Numbered from the stretch's first letter, positions 32,565 to 43,677 are shown. The stretch is 64,000 bases of DNA from Gemmatimonadota bacterium (GCA_965116475.1 OZ220691.1:32001-96000), one strand, 5' to 3'. Notes: a model not told the origin generated them from the letters alone. Program-made: numbers and translations.

Positions 32565-33827
32565 CTACCCTCCCTGGCCTTTTTTCGCGGCGCCGCCGCC
32601 GGCCGACTTCGCCCCCTTCGCCCCGCCGCGGATCAGCGTCCCCCGGTCCATGGCGAAGAAGAGGGCCCCCGCGAGCGCAAGATTCACGAGGAAGAGAACG
32701 AACGCGTACCAGCCGCCGGCCGGGATCCCGACCGCCTCGATGCCGAGGATGACGAAGGCGATGACGAGGATGTAGACCGTCACCGCTTCCAGCATGAACT
32801 TCCAGCCCAGGTCCATGAGCTGGTCGTAGCGGAAGCGCGGCAGCGTCCACCGAATCCACACAAAGACGAGCACGAGCAGCGACGTCTTCACACCGAAGGC
32901 GCCGAGCGTGAGCAGCGTCTTCCACCACGTCGGCTCTCCGATCACCGTTCCATCGGAGAGGACGCGGATATTGTCCCCCTGCCAGAACGGGATGTCCCAC
33001 CCGCCGAGGAAGAAGACGGTGACGAGCGCCGCGACCGTGATCACGTGCGCGAACTCGCCGATCATGAACATCGAGAACTTCATCGCCGAATACTCCGTGT
33101 GGTATCCGGTGATGAGTTCGGCCTCCGCTTCGGGCATGTCGAAGGGAAGGCGGTTCGTCTCGGCGAGTCCCGACACGAAGAAGAAGAAGAGACCGACGAG
33201 GAGCGGGAACACGAACCACGTCGCGTACGTCGCGGGCCCCGCCGTGAACGTCTGCTGCATGGAGACGATCTCGGGGGCGCGCACATCTCCCGTGAGCAGG
33301 ATGAGCGGGACGAGGCTGAGCGCGAGCGCGACCTCGTAGCTCACCATCTGCGCCGAGCCGCGCAGGCCGCCGAGCAGCGAGTACTTCGAGCCGGAGGCCC
33401 AGCCGCCCATGGCGACGCCGTACACGCCGATCGAGCCGATCGCGAGCACGTAGAGGAAGCCGATCGGCACGTCCGCCACGATCATCTCCACGAGTCCCCA
33501 CTGCGTGGGCAGCGGCGCAGCGAAGGGGATGACGGCGAAGAGGATCGTGGCCGGCACGATCGCGAGGACGGGCGCGAGGAGGAAGAAGGGCCGGACCGCC
33601 TGCTCCGGCATCGTCTCTTCCTTGAGGAGGTTCTTGAGCCCGTCGGCGATGACCTGGAGCATTCCCCACGGGCCGACCCGGTTCGGACCGCTCCGGTCCT
33701 GCATGAAGCCGCACACCTTGCGCTCGAAGATCGTGGCGAACATGACCGCGAGCATCAGCACCGAGAAGAAGAGGACGACCTTCCCCACCGTGGCGAGGGC
33801 GAACGCTCCGCCGGTGACCGGGCTCAC
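32565..33827 (-). CDS. nuoH: NADH-quinone oxidoreductase subunit H (extended, 420 aa)
   Basis: ERK..QDRSGPNRVG, AQMVSYE, ETNRLPFDMPEAE, RWTLPRFRYDQL. Confidence 0.96.
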   Translation of the reverse strand: MSPVTGGAFALATVGKVVLFFSVLMLAVMFATIFERKVCGFMQDRSGPNRVGPWGMLQVIADGLKNLLKEETMPEQAVRPFFLLAPVLAIVPATILFAVIPFAAPLPTQWGLVEMIVADVPIGFLYVLAIGSIGVYGVAMGGWASGSKYSLLGGLRGSAQMVSYEVALALSLVPLILLTGDVRAPEIVSMQQTFTAGPATYATWFVFPLLVGLFFFFVSGLAETNRLPFDMPEAEAELITGYHTEYSAMKFSMFMIGEFAHVITVAALVTVFFLGGWDIPFWQGDNIRVLSDGTVIGEPTWWKTLLTLGAFGVKTSLLVLVFVWIRWTLPRFRYDQLMDLGWKFMLEAVTVYILVIAFVILGIEAVGIPAGGWYAFVLFLVNLALAGALFFAMDRGTLIRGGAKGAKSAGGGAAKKGQGG

Positions 33828-35482
33828 GCGTCGGCCTCCGCGGCACCGGCGGCTCCGGCAGGACCGGCGACGCCGGCGGCTTCCGCGGCCGCACCGGCGG
33901 CCAGCGCGCCCTTGAGCCCGATCCCGTCCCACGTCAGGCCTGCGAAGGGCGGAGCCTCCGCCGCCATCCGCTCGAACGCGGCCCGCACATCGTTGACGGC
34001 CTCGCCGTCTCCCAGGCGGGCGAGCACGCGACTCAGCACCATCCAGCCCGGGCGAGCCAGGCCCGGCGGCCTCAGGGCCTGGTGGAAGCGCTGCACGCGG
34101 CCCTCGAAGTTCGTGAACGTGCCGCCCATCTCGGCGAAAGTCGCGATCGGGAGCACCGCGTCCGCGTTGCGCGCCGCGCCGGGCAGCCGCGTGCCGACGT
34201 AGAGGAAGAAGCCGGCCGAGGCGCCGAAGTCGTCGCCGGCGCCCTCGAGTTCGTCATCGAGCACGACGAGCGCCCCGCCCGCCGCGGCACCGCCCGCCGC
34301 GCCGTTGGGGAGCGCGTCCGCGCGGCGGCCGCCGAAGAACCCGGCGCCCGCGACGTTCGCGGCGCGATCCGCCCGCAGCTTGAGCGTGGGCACGGTGGGC
34401 AGCGCGGCGGTCTCGCCCTGCGCGACCCGGAAGGCGGCGTCCGCGACGCCAAGCCGGTCGAGGAGCCGCCGGACGTAGAACAGGTTCTCGTTCGAGGCGG
34501 CCGGGGACACGACCGCGCTCCCGCCGGGCGCGCCGAGCGCGTCGATCTTCTCCGCCACCCAGTCGAGCGCCGTCGCCCAGTCCACCGGCCGGAGGTCGCC
34601 GCCGCCGTCGCGGATGAGGGGGACCTCGGCCCGCACACCGCGGTTCGTCATCACGAGGTGCCTGCGGCCGTAGTCGCACATCCACCAGGAGTTGACCGCC
34701 GCGTTGTGCCGCGGCTTCACGCGCACGATCTGGTTCTCCTTCGTGTCGATCGTGACGTTGCAGCCGGTGGGACACCCCGGACACACGCTCGCCGTCGCGT
34801 CCATGTCCCACGCCCGCGCCTTGAACACGAAATCCTCGTGCACGAGCGCGCCGACGGGGCACACGTCGACGATGTTCCCCTGGAAGGGGTTGTCGAGTTC
34901 GCGGCCGGGGAAGGTGTCGATGTAGGCCTTGTCGCCACGCTGGGCGACGATGAGCGAATCGTCCTCCGCGACGTCCCGCATGAAGCGCACGCAGCGCGTG
35001 CAGATGACGCAGCGATCCGCGAAATAGAGGATGTCGTCGGAGATGCGGTCGCGTCCCATGATCCGCTTGGGCTCGTCGACCCGGCTCTCGAGCTGGTTCG
35101 TGACGTAGGCGTAGTCCTGGAGCATGCACTGCCCCGCGGCATCGCAGATCGGGCAGTCGAGCGGGTGGTTGACGAGGAGAAACTCGATGACCGACTGGCG
35201 GGCCGTGCGGGCCGTGTCGCTCGCCGTGTTCACGACCATGTCGTCGGCCGCCTGCAGCGTACACGAGGGCTCGAGCTTGGGGCGTCCCTCGACCTCCACC
35301 AGACACATGCGGCACTGCGCCGGCCGCGTGGGAATGCCCGGATGGTAGCAGTAGCGCGGCACGACGACGCCCACGTGCTCCGCCGCCTCGATGACGCGGG
35401 TGCCGCTCGGGACCGTGACCTCGACCCCGTCGATCGTGAGCGTGACCGTCGCCTTCGCGCCGTTCTCAGGCATCGTCGTCAC
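33824..35482 (-). CDS. nuoG: NADH-quinone oxidoreductase subunit G (short, 552 aa)
   Basis: N1b (CYH..CRMC..SC), N5 (HPLDCPIC..C), N4 (CVICTRC..CPVGAL), N7 (CPGCPTGC..C). Confidence 0.92.
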   Translation of the reverse strand: MTTMPENGAKATVTLTIDGVEVTVPSGTRVIEAAEHVGVVVPRYCYHPGIPTRPAQCRMCLVEVEGRPKLEPSCTLQAADDMVVNTASDTARTARQSVIEFLLVNHPLDCPICDAAGQCMLQDYAYVTNQLESRVDEPKRIMGRDRISDDILYFADRCVICTRCVRFMRDVAEDDSLIVAQRGDKAYIDTFPGRELDNPFQGNIVDVCPVGALVHEDFVFKARAWDMDATASVCPGCPTGCNVTIDTKENQIVRVKPRHNAAVNSWWMCDYGRRHLVMTNRGVRAEVPLIRDGGGDLRPVDWATALDWVAEKIDALGAPGGSAVVSPAASNENLFYVRRLLDRLGVADAAFRVAQGETAALPTVPTLKLRADRAANVAGAGFFGGRRADALPNGAAGGAAAGGALVVLDDELEGAGDDFGASAGFFLYVGTRLPGAARNADAVLPIATFAEMGGTFTNFEGRVQRFHQALRPPGLARPGWMVLSRVLARLGDGEAVNDVRAAFERMAAEAPPFAGLTWDGIGLKGALAAGAAAEAAGVAGPAGAAGAAEADA

Positions 35483-35492
35483 CCGCCATGCC

Positions 35493-36782
35493 TCACCCCG
35501 CCGCGACCAGAGAAGGCTTCATCAGCGCCTCGTAGTCGGCGCGGAACTTGTCGAGCGAGGACTCGAGCGGGAACACGACGCTGTCGGCCAGCACGCAGAT
35601 CGTGCGTCCCGTCATCTGCTCGCACAGCTCGTACAGCGTGTCGATGTCGCCCGGACGCCCGTCCCCCGCCTCGATGCGCTGCAGGATGCGGACGACCCAC
35701 GACGTGCCCTCGCGGCACTGCACGCACTGGCCGCACGACTCGTGTGCATAGAATTGAGCAATCCGGCGCATGGCGGCGACGATGTCCGTGTCCTCGTCCA
35801 TCACGATCGGCGAGGCGGTGCCGAGCGCGCTGCCCGCCTCCGCCAGCCCCTCGTACGTCGTCGCGCAGTCGAGTTCGTCGCCGCTCAGGAACGCGGTGGA
35901 CGACCCGCCCGGGATCACGGCCTTCACCGGCTTGCCCGAGGGCGTGCCGCCGCAGGCGTCGAAGATGATGTCGCTCAGGGGAAGCCCCAGCGCGAACTCG
36001 TAGTTGCCGGGGCGCACGAGGTGGCCCGAGCAGCTCCACAGCTTCGTGCCGGGCGACTGCTCGCTCCCCCACTGCCGGTACCAGTCGGCGCCGTGCTCGA
36101 GGATCATGGGGACCGCCGCGAGCGTCTCGACGTTGTTCACCGTCGTCGGCATCCCGAACGCCCCGGCCTGCGCCGGGAAGGGCGGCTTCGCCCAGGGCTC
36201 CGCGCGGTTGCCCATGAGCGAGTTCATGAGGCCGGTCTCCTCGCCCGCGATGTACGCCCCCGCGCCGGCGTGGATCGTCACGTCGCACGACCACGACGAG
36301 CCCAGGATGCCCTCCCCCGCCAGGCCGTGCTCGTATGCCTCCACGACCGCGGCGTTCAGCACCTGCGTTTCCTCGAAGAACTCGCCCCGGACATAGATGT
36401 AGGCGTGCTCCGCCCCGATCGCGCGCGCCGCGATCAGGCAGCCCTCGATGAGGAGGTGGGGCGTCCAGCGGATGACCTCGCGGTCCTTGAAGGCGCCCGG
36501 CTCGGATTCGTCCGCGTTGCAGCACAGGTAGTGCGGCTTGCCGTCGTCCTTCGGCATGAAGCTCCACTTGAGTCCCGTCGGGAAGCCGGCCCCGCCCCGC
36601 CCGCGGAGTCCGGAGGCCTTCACGACCTCGGTGATCTCGGCGGGCGACAGGTCGAGCGACTTCCGGAGCGCCTCGTAGCCGCCGCGCGCGCGCCAGCCGT
36701 CGAGCGTCCGCGCCTCCGCCTCGCCCTGGTGCCGCGAGAGCCGGGTCGTCGTCTCGAGGTCGCTGCCGTGCGGGAAGCTCAT
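35493..36782 (-). CDS. nuoF: NADH-quinone oxidoreductase subunit F
   Basis: GLRGRGGAGFPTG, NADESEPG, YIAGEETGL, ESCGQCVQCREG. Confidence 0.96.
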   Translation of the reverse strand: MSFPHGSDLETTTRLSRHQGEAEARTLDGWRARGGYEALRKSLDLSPAEITEVVKASGLRGRGGAGFPTGLKWSFMPKDDGKPHYLCCNADESEPGAFKDREVIRWTPHLLIEGCLIAARAIGAEHAYIYVRGEFFEETQVLNAAVVEAYEHGLAGEGILGSSWSCDVTIHAGAGAYIAGEETGLMNSLMGNRAEPWAKPPFPAQAGAFGMPTTVNNVETLAAVPMILEHGADWYRQWGSEQSPGTKLWSCSGHLVRPGNYEFALGLPLSDIIFDACGGTPSGKPVKAVIPGGSSTAFLSGDELDCATTYEGLAEAGSALGTASPIVMDEDTDIVAAMRRIAQFYAHESCGQCVQCREGTSWVVRILQRIEAGDGRPGDIDTLYELCEQMTGRTICVLADSVVFPLESSLDKFRADYEALMKPSLVAAG

Positions 36783-37390
36783 GCGCCGCCTCCCCCCTCC
36801 GGTCGGCCCACGGCCGACCCGCTGGCCGCGTCGCCGTCGGGCGCCCCGCGGAGGTTCGCGACGATCCCGGGCACCCGCTCCGGCGTCACGTCCTCGAGGT
36901 AGCGATCGTTGACCTGCACGACCGTGGCGAAGCCGCAGGCGCCGAGACACTCCGCCTCGATCACGGTGAACTCGCCGTCCTCCGAGATCTCCCCCTCCCG
37001 CGTCCCCGTCTCGGCGAGGAAGCCGCGCAGGACCTCTTCGGCGCGGTTCAGGTGGCAGGAGATGTTCGTGCACACCTGGACGAAGTGACGTCCGACCGGA
37101 TGCTTGTTGTACATCGTGTAGAAGGTCGCGATCGAGTGCACGTAGGCCGGTGTCAGGTCCAGGGCCTCGGCCACTTCGACCATGTCCGGCGGCTCGATCC
37201 ACCCCTTCACCGACTGCACGAAGCCGAGCATGGGGAGGAGCGCCGCCTGCTTCGTCGGATAGCGGGAGAGGGCCGCCTCCAACCGCTGCTTCCCCTCCTT
37301 CGTCTCGAAGATGGGACCGTCGAACGTCTCCCTCGCCGTCAACTGGAAGGGCTGCGCCCCGACGACCGCGGGATGGATGCGCCGGCTCAC
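36779..37390 (-). CDS. nuoE: NADH-quinone oxidoreductase subunit E
   Basis: ATFYTMY, VCTNISC...ECLGAC ([2Fe-2S] N1a). GTG overlaps the nuoCD stop. Confidence 0.94.
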   Translation of the reverse strand: MSRRIHPAVVGAQPFQLTARETFDGPIFETKEGKQRLEAALSRYPTKQAALLPMLGFVQSVKGWIEPPDMVEVAEALDLTPAYVHSIATFYTMYNKHPVGRHFVQVCTNISCHLNRAEEVLRGFLAETGTREGEISEDGEFTVIEAECLGACGFATVVQVNDRYLEDVTPERVPGIVANLRGAPDGDAASGSAVGRPEGGGGA

Positions 37391-39318
37391 CGGTCGATCT
37401 CTCCGAGCACGACGTCGAGCGAGGCGTTGATCGCCACGACATCCGCGACGAGTTCGCCCTGCACGAGTTCCGGCAGCGACGCGATGTTGATGAACGACGG
37501 GCCGCGGAAACGGCAGCGGACGGGCTTCGTGCCGCCATCGGAGATGATCCCGAACCCCAGTTCGCCCTTCGAGCTTTCGATCGAGTACCACGTCTCGCCC
37601 GCCGGCACGCGGACGCCCTCCATCACGAGCTTGAAGTGCGAGATCATCGTGTCGATCGACCCCATCGCCTCCCCCTTCGGGGGCAGCACGATCCGGTAGT
37701 CGTCGATGTTGATGGGGCCGCCCGGCAGCCGGTCCAGCGCCTGCTCGATGATGCGGACGCTCTGCCGCATCTCCTCCACCCGCACGAGATAGCGGTCGTA
37801 GACGTCGCCCGCCGTCCCCACGGGCACGTCGAAGTCGTACTCCTCGTAGCCGAGGTAGGGACGCGCCTTCCGCACGTCGTAGGCCACGCCGCTCGCGCGC
37901 AGCGTGGGTCCGGTGACGCCGTAGCTCACCGCCTTGTCGGCCGCGAGCACCCCGATGTCCATCGTGCGACCCTGCCAGATCGCATTGCGCGACAGGAGCC
38001 GCTCGACCTCGTCCAGCGTCTCCGGGAAGGAGGCCGTGAAGTCGCGCGCCGCCGCCGTCCAGCCCACGGGCAGGTCCGCCATCATCCCGCCCACCCGCGT
38101 GACGGAGGTCGTGATCCGCCCCCCCGTGTAGGCCTCGTGCAGGTTGTAGATCCGCTCGCGCTCCTGGAAGGTGTAGAGGAAGACGGAGAAGGCGCCGATG
38201 TCGATCGCCGTCGTCCCCAGCCACAACAGGTGGCCGAGGATGCGGTTCAACTCGCCGAGGATGACGCGGACCACGCGGCAGCGCTCCGTGATCTCGATGT
38301 CGAGGAGCGCCTCGACGGCCCCGGCGTAGCCGATGTTGTAGAGCATCGGCGCGAGGTAGTCCATGCGGTCCGTGTAGGGGACGCACTGGTTCCACTCGCG
38401 GAACTCGCACGTCTTCTCGAAGCCCGTGTGCAGGTACCCGATATGGGGGGAGCAGCGCACGATGCGCTCTCCGTCGAGCTGGAGCACGAGCCTGAGCACG
38501 CCGTGTGTGGCGGGGTGCTGCGGTCCCATGTTGATGAGGATGGGTGCGCCCTCGAGCGCGTCCTCGGGTTTCTCGTCGGGGCTCACATCGCGGATCCCGG
38601 CCGGCGCGCCGCCGTCCTCCTCGCGCTCCGACGGAGCCCGCACCTCTCCCTCGTCGGTGACGGCGTAGCCCGCCAGTTCCAACTCCTCGACGGCGTACAT
38701 GTCGACGAGGTCGCGGGAGAGCGCGCGGCTCACCTGCGCGGAGCGGCTGAAGCGCCCGCGGAGCGGAAAGTCCTTTCGGAGCGGGAAGCCTTCCTCGTAG
38801 TTCTCCGGCATGAGGATGCGGCGCAGGTCCGGATGGCCGCGGAAGCTCACGCCGTACATGTCCCACGCCTCGCGCTCGAGCCAGTCGGCGGCGAGCCACT
38901 GGTCGGTGACGCTGTCCAGCTCGAGGTCATCCATCGGCACCTCGCACGCGACCCGGAGCTGGCGGCCGTGCGCCATGGACCACAGCTGATACCACACCTG
39001 GATCGGGGCGCCGATGCCGCCATGCGCCCCCATGAGGTCCGCGAGCAGATCGTACGCCTGGTCGGGCGCCTCGCGCAGGAAGCGCAGCGCCTCGGCGTTG
39101 ATGCCGGGGTCGATCCACACGACGGGGTAGCCGAGCGCGTCGCTCTCCACGCGGCGCACGCCCTCGCCGAAGCGCTCGCGAAGGGCGCGGACGGAGGGAT
39201 GGCTCGCCGCCTCCCCGCCGGGGGACGAGCCCCGCACCATGCCCGGAGGCGCGGTCGTCGTCGCGGTCGTCAACGGCGGGGCGCTCCGCTCAATCCCGGT
39301 GTTCCAGGCGGCGTTCAC
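37387..39318 (-). CDS. nuoCD: Fused NADH-quinone oxidoreductase subunits C/D
   Basis: NuoC part ([27 protein letters not shown]), acidic linker, then NuoD ([25 protein letters not shown]) in one frame. Start uncertain (39318 or 39240). Confidence 0.93.
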   Translation of the reverse strand: MNAAWNTGIERSAPPLTTATTTAPPGMVRGSSPGGEAASHPSVRALRERFGEGVRRVESDALGYPVVWIDPGINAEALRFLREAPDQAYDLLADLMGAHGGIGAPIQVWYQLWSMAHGRQLRVACEVPMDDLELDSVTDQWLAADWLEREAWDMYGVSFRGHPDLRRILMPENYEEGFPLRKDFPLRGRFSRSAQVSRALSRDLVDMYAVEELELAGYAVTDEGEVRAPSEREEDGGAPAGIRDVSPDEKPEDALEGAPILINMGPQHPATHGVLRLVLQLDGERIVRCSPHIGYLHTGFEKTCEFREWNQCVPYTDRMDYLAPMLYNIGYAGAVEALLDIEITERCRVVRVILGELNRILGHLLWLGTTAIDIGAFSVFLYTFQERERIYNLHEAYTGGRITTSVTRVGGMMADLPVGWTAAARDFTASFPETLDEVERLLSRNAIWQGRTMDIGVLAADKAVSYGVTGPTLRASGVAYDVRKARPYLGYEEYDFDVPVGTAGDVYDRYLVRVEEMRQSVRIIEQALDRLPGGPINIDDYRIVLPPKGEAMGSIDTMISHFKLVMEGVRVPAGETWYSIESSKGELGFGIISDGGTKPVRCRFRGPSFINIASLPELVQGELVADVVAINASLDVVLGEIDR

Positions 39319-39991
39319 GCCGGTCGCGGGACCGGGCCAGCGCGGAGGTCGGGCCGAGCCCGCTCATGCGGTTCTGGTTCGTCGAGTTGCCGAACGGCTG
39401 CGCGACGAGTTCGATCGTTTCCGGCGGCAGGTTCGGGCGTCCCACCGCCTCCGGAGCTTCGTCCCGCGCGCGGGGATCGGCGAGCGACTCGCCCTTGATC
39501 TTCTCCTGGACCATGAGGAGTCCGTAGATGAGCCCCTCCGGCCGCGGCGGACAGCCCGGGACGTACACATCGACCGGCACGATCGTGTCGATCCCCTGGA
39601 CGATCGTGTAGTTGTCGAACATCCCGCCGGAACTCGCGCACGCGCCCATCGACACGCACCACTTGGGCTGCGGCATCTGATCCCACACGCGGCGCAGGAC
39701 CGGGGCCAGCTTGTAGGTGACCCGGCCGGCGACGATCATCAGGTCCGCCTGGCGGGGGCTGAAGGACATGCGCTCCATCCCGAAGCGGCCGATGTCGTAC
39801 TTGCTCGCGGCCGACGCCATCATCTCGATCGCGCAGCAGGCGGTGCCGAACGGCATGGGCCACAGCGAGTTGCGGCGCGCCCAGTTGATGACGTAGTCGA
39901 GCTTCGTCGTCATCCAGTTGTGCGGGATACCGGTATCGAGCCTGCCCTCGTCCGCGAGGCTGCCGGGTGGCAGCGTGTCGAGCGGCTTCAT
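39290..39991 (-). CDS. nuoB: NADH-quinone oxidoreductase subunit B
   Basis: [32 protein letters not shown]. Confidence 0.97.
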   Translation of the reverse strand: MKPLDTLPPGSLADEGRLDTGIPHNWMTTKLDYVINWARRNSLWPMPFGTACCAIEMMASAASKYDIGRFGMERMSFSPRQADLMIVAGRVTYKLAPVLRRVWDQMPQPKWCVSMGACASSGGMFDNYTIVQGIDTIVPVDVYVPGCPPRPEGLIYGLLMVQEKIKGESLADPRARDEAPEAVGRPNLPPETIELVAQPFGNSTNQNRMSGLGPTSALARSRDRRERRLEHRD

Positions 39992-40016
39992 GGCGCGGCT
40001 CCGACCGGTCCCGAGT

Positions 40017-40373
40017 TCAGTCCCATTCGAGGGCTCCCTTCTTCCAGGCGTACACGAGTCCGACGCCGAGCACCGTGAGGAACGCGGTGATCTCCACGAA
40101 CCCGACCATCCCCAGCTCCCGGAAGATCGCCGCCCACGGAATGAGGAAGAGCGTCTCGATGTCGAGGACGATGAAAAGCATCGCCACGATGTAGAAGTTG
40201 ACCGAGAACCGCTCCCGCGTCGTCCCGAGCGGGGGAATCCCCGACTCGTACGGGCTTGCCTTCACCGGAGTCGGTCGGCGCGAACCGACGAAGTGCGATA
40301 CGCCCATCATCGCGGCAGCGTTCAGCACGCCGACCAACGCGAGGATCAGGATGCCGAGATATGGGTCGAGCAA
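40017..40373 (-). CDS. nuoA: NADH-quinone oxidoreductase subunit A
   Basis: [32 protein letters not shown] start with SD GAGGAG. Confidence 0.95.
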   Translation of the reverse strand: MLDPYLGILILALVGVLNAAAMMGVSHFVGSRRPTPVKASPYESGIPPLGTTRERFSVNFYIVAMLFIVLDIETLFLIPWAAIFRELGMVGFVEITAFLTVLGVGLVYAWKKGALEWD

Positions 40374-40398
40374 GGGGGTTCGCTCCTCTCGTGCGAGC

Positions 40399-40416
40399 TT
40401 GTGAATTTCTTCACTT
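40399..40416. promoter_or_regulatory. Rex-type (also CRP-shaped) operator upstream of nuoA
   Basis: TTGTGAA-TTTC-TTCACTT versus Rex consensus TTGTGAA-N4-TTCACAA (12/14). AT-rich island in a GC-rich region. Confidence 0.65.
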
Positions 40417-40428
40417 TCCCGCGCCGCG

Positions 40429-40457
40429 AAGGTATCGCGGAGGAGTAGGAGCGGCAA
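40429..40457 (-). promoter_or_regulatory. Sigma70-type promoter of the nuo operon
   Basis: Minus strand TTGCCG-N17-TACCTT. Confidence 0.55.
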
Positions 40458-40489
40458 GCGGTATTTGGCCTCGGAAGCAGAGGGAGCGA

Positions 40490-41365
40490 GTGAGTCGAAA
40501 GCGGGCTTTGGTACGCACTGTGACGATCCGCGACGGCACCGTGCGCGTGACGGTTCTGGGACAGGGGCGCCCCGTCCTTTTCCTGCACGGGATCAGCGCC
40601 CACGGCCGCGCCTGGCGGCCCGTCGCAGAGCGCTTCGCCGAGGCACATCCGGGGTGGGAATGTTGGCTTCCCGACCTGCCGGGACGGGGCGCGTCGGACG
40701 CGCGGGCGGAGCTCTCCTACACGCTGGATGACGAGGTGCGGCGGGTTCGCGCCGTCACGCGGTTGCTCGCGCCGGATGGCCCCCGGCCGCAACTCGTCGC
40801 CGGGCACTCCCAGGGCGCTGCCATCGCCCTCGCACTCGCGGAGGTGGAACCGGGCATCGGAGGTCTGCTGCTCTCGAATCCGGTCACGCCGGAGGTCCGG
40901 AGCCCATCCATCCTCCGGCTGCTGCGGTCGTCCGCGGTGCGCCGGGCCGTCGGCAGCCTCCTGGCGCCGCTGCACGCGTCGCTGGGCCACCTGGTGCTGA
41001 GGCGGGCGTGCGGTCCCGCTTTCCGCGCCCCTTCGGAGCTGGTGGCCGCCTACGCCCGGCCCTGGGCAAGCCCGGCGCGCGCCCGGACACTCCTGCGCAT
41101 CCTGGCCGACTGGCGTCCGGCGGAACTCGAGGAGCGCATGCCCTCGCGCCCGATCGCCGCACACGTCGTGACCGGCGCGCACGATCCGAGGATCCCGGTT
41201 GAAGCGGCGAAGCGCCTCGCCTCGCGCCTCGACTGCGACCTCACCGTGTCACCCGACGGCGGGCACGTGCTGACCGAGCAGCACCCGGGCCTGCTCGCCC
41301 GCCTCCTCGGAGAAGTCGCCGGCCGGCTGCCCCCTCCGTCGGCTCCTAGAGTTTCGGGGGGGTGA
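40490..41365 (+). CDS. Alpha/beta hydrolase
   Basis: [14 protein letters not shown], nucleophile GHSQG, GAHD, GGHVL. The 3' end overlaps the dcd 3' end by 20 nt. Confidence 0.88.
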   Translation: MSRKRALVRTVTIRDGTVRVTVLGQGRPVLFLHGISAHGRAWRPVAERFAEAHPGWECWLPDLPGRGASDARAELSYTLDDEVRRVRAVTRLLAPDGPRPQLVAGHSQGAAIALALAEVEPGIGGLLLSNPVTPEVRSPSILRLLRSSAVRRAVGSLLAPLHASLGHLVLRRACGPAFRAPSELVAAYARPWASPARARTLLRILADWRPAELEERMPSRPIAAHVVTGAHDPRIPVEAAKRLASRLDCDLTVSPDGGHVLTEQHPGLLARLLGEVAGRLPPPSAPRVSGG

Positions 41366-41900
41366 CGCCGGTCTGGCCCTGGTACTTGCCCGCCTTGTCG
41401 GCGTAGCTGACCTCGCACTCCTCGTCCGACTCGAAGAAGAGGACCTGCGCGATCCCCTCGTTCGCGTACACGCGGGCCGGAAGCGGCGTCGTGTTCGAGA
41501 TCTCCAGCGTCACGTGCCCTTCCCACTCGGGCTCGAAGGGCGTGACGTTCACGATGAGGCCGCAGCGCGCGTAGGTACTCTTCCCCACGCAGATCGTGAG
41601 GATGTTGCGCGGAATCCGGAAGTACTCGATGGAGCGCGCGAGGGCGAAGGAGTTCGGGGGGATGATGCAGACGTCGCCCGAGTACTCGAGGAAGGAGCGC
41701 TCGTCGAACTTCTTCGGGTCGACGACCGGGAAGAGCGCGTTGTGGAAGATCCGGAATTCGTCGGCGACGCGCATGTCGTAGCCGTAGCTGCTGACGCCGT
41801 AGGAGATGACACCGTCGCGGATCTGGCGGTCGGCGAAGGGTTCGATCATCCCGTGCTTGCGCGCCATGCGCCGAATCCATCCGTCGCTCTTGATCGCCAA
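41346..41900 (-). CDS. dcd: dCTP deaminase
   Basis: [40 protein letters not shown]. Confidence 0.97.
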   Translation of the reverse strand: MAIKSDGWIRRMARKHGMIEPFADRQIRDGVISYGVSSYGYDMRVADEFRIFHNALFPVVDPKKFDERSFLEYSGDVCIIPPNSFALARSIEYFRIPRNILTICVGKSTYARCGLIVNVTPFEPEWEGHVTLEISNTTPLPARVYANEGIAQVLFFESDEECEVSYADKAGKYQGQTGVTPPKL

Positions 41901-41996
41901 TCGGACCTCTCGGTGGGGGGGACGGCCGCTCGCGAGTCAACTTCCGTCGAGTGAACCTATGCGTGCGTCAAGGGGTGCGGCCCACCACGCCGGGCC

Positions 41997-42386
41997 TCAG
42001 GTGCGAGTGAGGGCGATCCAGGCGGCCCAGATCCAGGCGGCGATGAGGGCGGCGCCGCCGACGGGCGTGACCGCGCCGAGCCAGCCGAGGCCGGACAGGG
42101 CGAGGGCGTAGAGCGTGCCGCTGAACACCGCGACGCCGGCCAGCATCAGGAGCCCGGGACAGTGCCACGCCGCACCGGGCCAGCGGGCCGCCGCGAGGCC
42201 GAGCAGGATGAGCCCGAGGGCGTGCAACATGTGGTAGCGGGCCGCGGTGTCGAAGATCGCGAGGGCGTCCGCCGACAGGCGGCCTTCGAGCGAGTGCGCG
42301 CCGAACGCTCCGGCGGCGACGCCCAGCCCCGCGAGCAGACACCCGACCGCGAGGAGCCCGCGGTGTGGCGACCCGGCGACAGTCAA
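41997..42386 (-). CDS. DUF423 (YgdD/TMEM256) membrane protein
   Basis: GAFGAH, TAARYHMLHALG, FSGTLY, TPVGG. Confidence 0.92.
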   Translation of the reverse strand: MTVAGSPHRGLLAVGCLLAGLGVAAGAFGAHSLEGRLSADALAIFDTAARYHMLHALGLILLGLAAARWPGAAWHCPGLLMLAGVAVFSGTLYALALSGLGWLGAVTPVGGAALIAAWIWAAWIALTRT

Positions 42387-42396
42387 GCGAAGACGG

Positions 42397-42642
42397 TCAG
42401 TCGAACATCGGCGCCGCGCCCGCGCCCGCCCTCCGCGCCGCCTCGCCGGCGATCGTCTCCATGACCCGGTCCCAGCGCTCCGGACTCAACTCGGCCAGCG
42501 TGGCTTCGAGGAGGGCCGCCAGTTCGGCCCCTTCCTCGCGCCGCATGGGGGAATCGCCGTCTTCGAGTTCGAGCCGGCGGCGCAGGTCGGTCGCGCGTTC
42601 GAGCAGATCCCTGTGGCGGAGTCGTTCCTCGTAGTTGGTCAT
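42397..42642 (-). CDS. Hypothetical 81-aa helical protein coupled to moaA
   Basis: ATG overlaps the moaA TGA; MTNYEERLRHRDLLERATDLRRRLELEDG...; fills the gap to DUF423. Confidence 0.6.
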   Translation of the reverse strand: MTNYEERLRHRDLLERATDLRRRLELEDGDSPMRREEGAELAALLEATLAELSPERWDRVMETIAGEAARRAGAGAAPMFD

Positions 42643-43619
42643 CCGCCGACCTGACTCAGCGCCGCGAGCCCGCCGCTCCCGGCCGCCGTGCCCAACTCCA
42701 GGTAATGGCGCTTCGGCTTTCCGGCGAGCGCCTCCGCCACTGCGCCCTCGATGCGGCCCGTTTCGCGCAGCGGGCCCTTCAGGTCGACCTCGTGGTCGCC
42801 GAACAGGCATGTCCGCAGCTTGCCGTCCGCCGTCAGGCGCATGCGGTTGCAGCGTTCGCAGTAGTTGTGGGAGAGCGGCGTGATCGCACCCACCGTCCCG
42901 GCGCCGCCCGGGAAGCGGTAGTACACGGCGGGCCCGTTGCCCCGCGGTCCGGAGTCGGGCAGCAGGTCCCCGATCGCGCGGATCCTGTCGAGTACTTCGT
43001 CCGTCGAGATGAAGCGGTCGGTGAGGTGCAGGTTCTCCCCCACCGGCATGAGTTCGATGAAGCGCACGTGCCACGGGCGCTCGCGCGTGATCTCGGCGAA
43101 GTCGGCGACCTCATGGTCGTTGAGGCCCCGCATGATGACGCAGTTGATCTTGATCGGCGCGAACCCCGCCTCCTCGGCGGCCTGAAGGCCCTCCATCGTT
43201 TCGTCGAAGCGCCGCGCCGGCCGCCGGGCGATCTCCTCGAAGCGGTCCCGGTCGAGCGTGTCGAGGCTGACGTTCACGCGCGCGATCCCCGCCTCACGGA
43301 GAGCGGTCGCGAAACGCGGCAGGAGGATGGCGTTCGTGGAGAGCGAGATGTCCTCGACGCCCGGAACCGCGGCGATCATGCGCACCAGGTCCGGCAGGTC
43401 CTTGCGGACGAGCGGTTCCCCGCCCGTGATCCGGACCCGCTCCAACCCGAGCGCGGCCATCTGGCGTACGATCTCGGCAATCTCCTCGTACGCGAGCATC
43501 TCCGGCTTGGGGATCCAGGCGAGCCCCTCCTCCGGCATGCAGTACGTGCAGCGCAGATTGCATCGATCCGTGACCGAGATCCGAAGATACCGGATATTGC
43601 GGCCGAACTGATCTCTCAT
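42639..43619 (-). CDS. moaA: GTP 3',8-cyclase (radical SAM)
   Basis: YLRISVTDRCNLRCTYCMP, TGGEPL, RFIELMP, CERCNRMR..TCL, C-terminal QVGG. Confidence 0.97.
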   Translation of the reverse strand: MRDQFGRNIRYLRISVTDRCNLRCTYCMPEEGLAWIPKPEMLAYEEIAEIVRQMAALGLERVRITGGEPLVRKDLPDLVRMIAAVPGVEDISLSTNAILLPRFATALREAGIARVNVSLDTLDRDRFEEIARRPARRFDETMEGLQAAEEAGFAPIKINCVIMRGLNDHEVADFAEITRERPWHVRFIELMPVGENLHLTDRFISTDEVLDRIRAIGDLLPDSGPRGNGPAVYYRFPGGAGTVGAITPLSHNYCERCNRMRLTADGKLRTCLFGDHEVDLKGPLRETGRIEGAVAEALAGKPKRHYLELGTAAGSGGLAALSQVGG

Positions 43620-43677
43620 GGCACCGGTCGTGAGGGTTTCCCGGGAAGCTCGTCGCCCTCCGGGCCGGGAGCGGCGA

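Noticed and set aside
35493-38899. Apparent long or fused NuoE/NuoF ORFs and other N-terminally extended ORFs in the track (PMM, UDG, ComF, FabD, SucD)
   Set aside because: The extensions are open frames overlapping the upstream gene; the real starts are at stop-start overlaps where homology begins.
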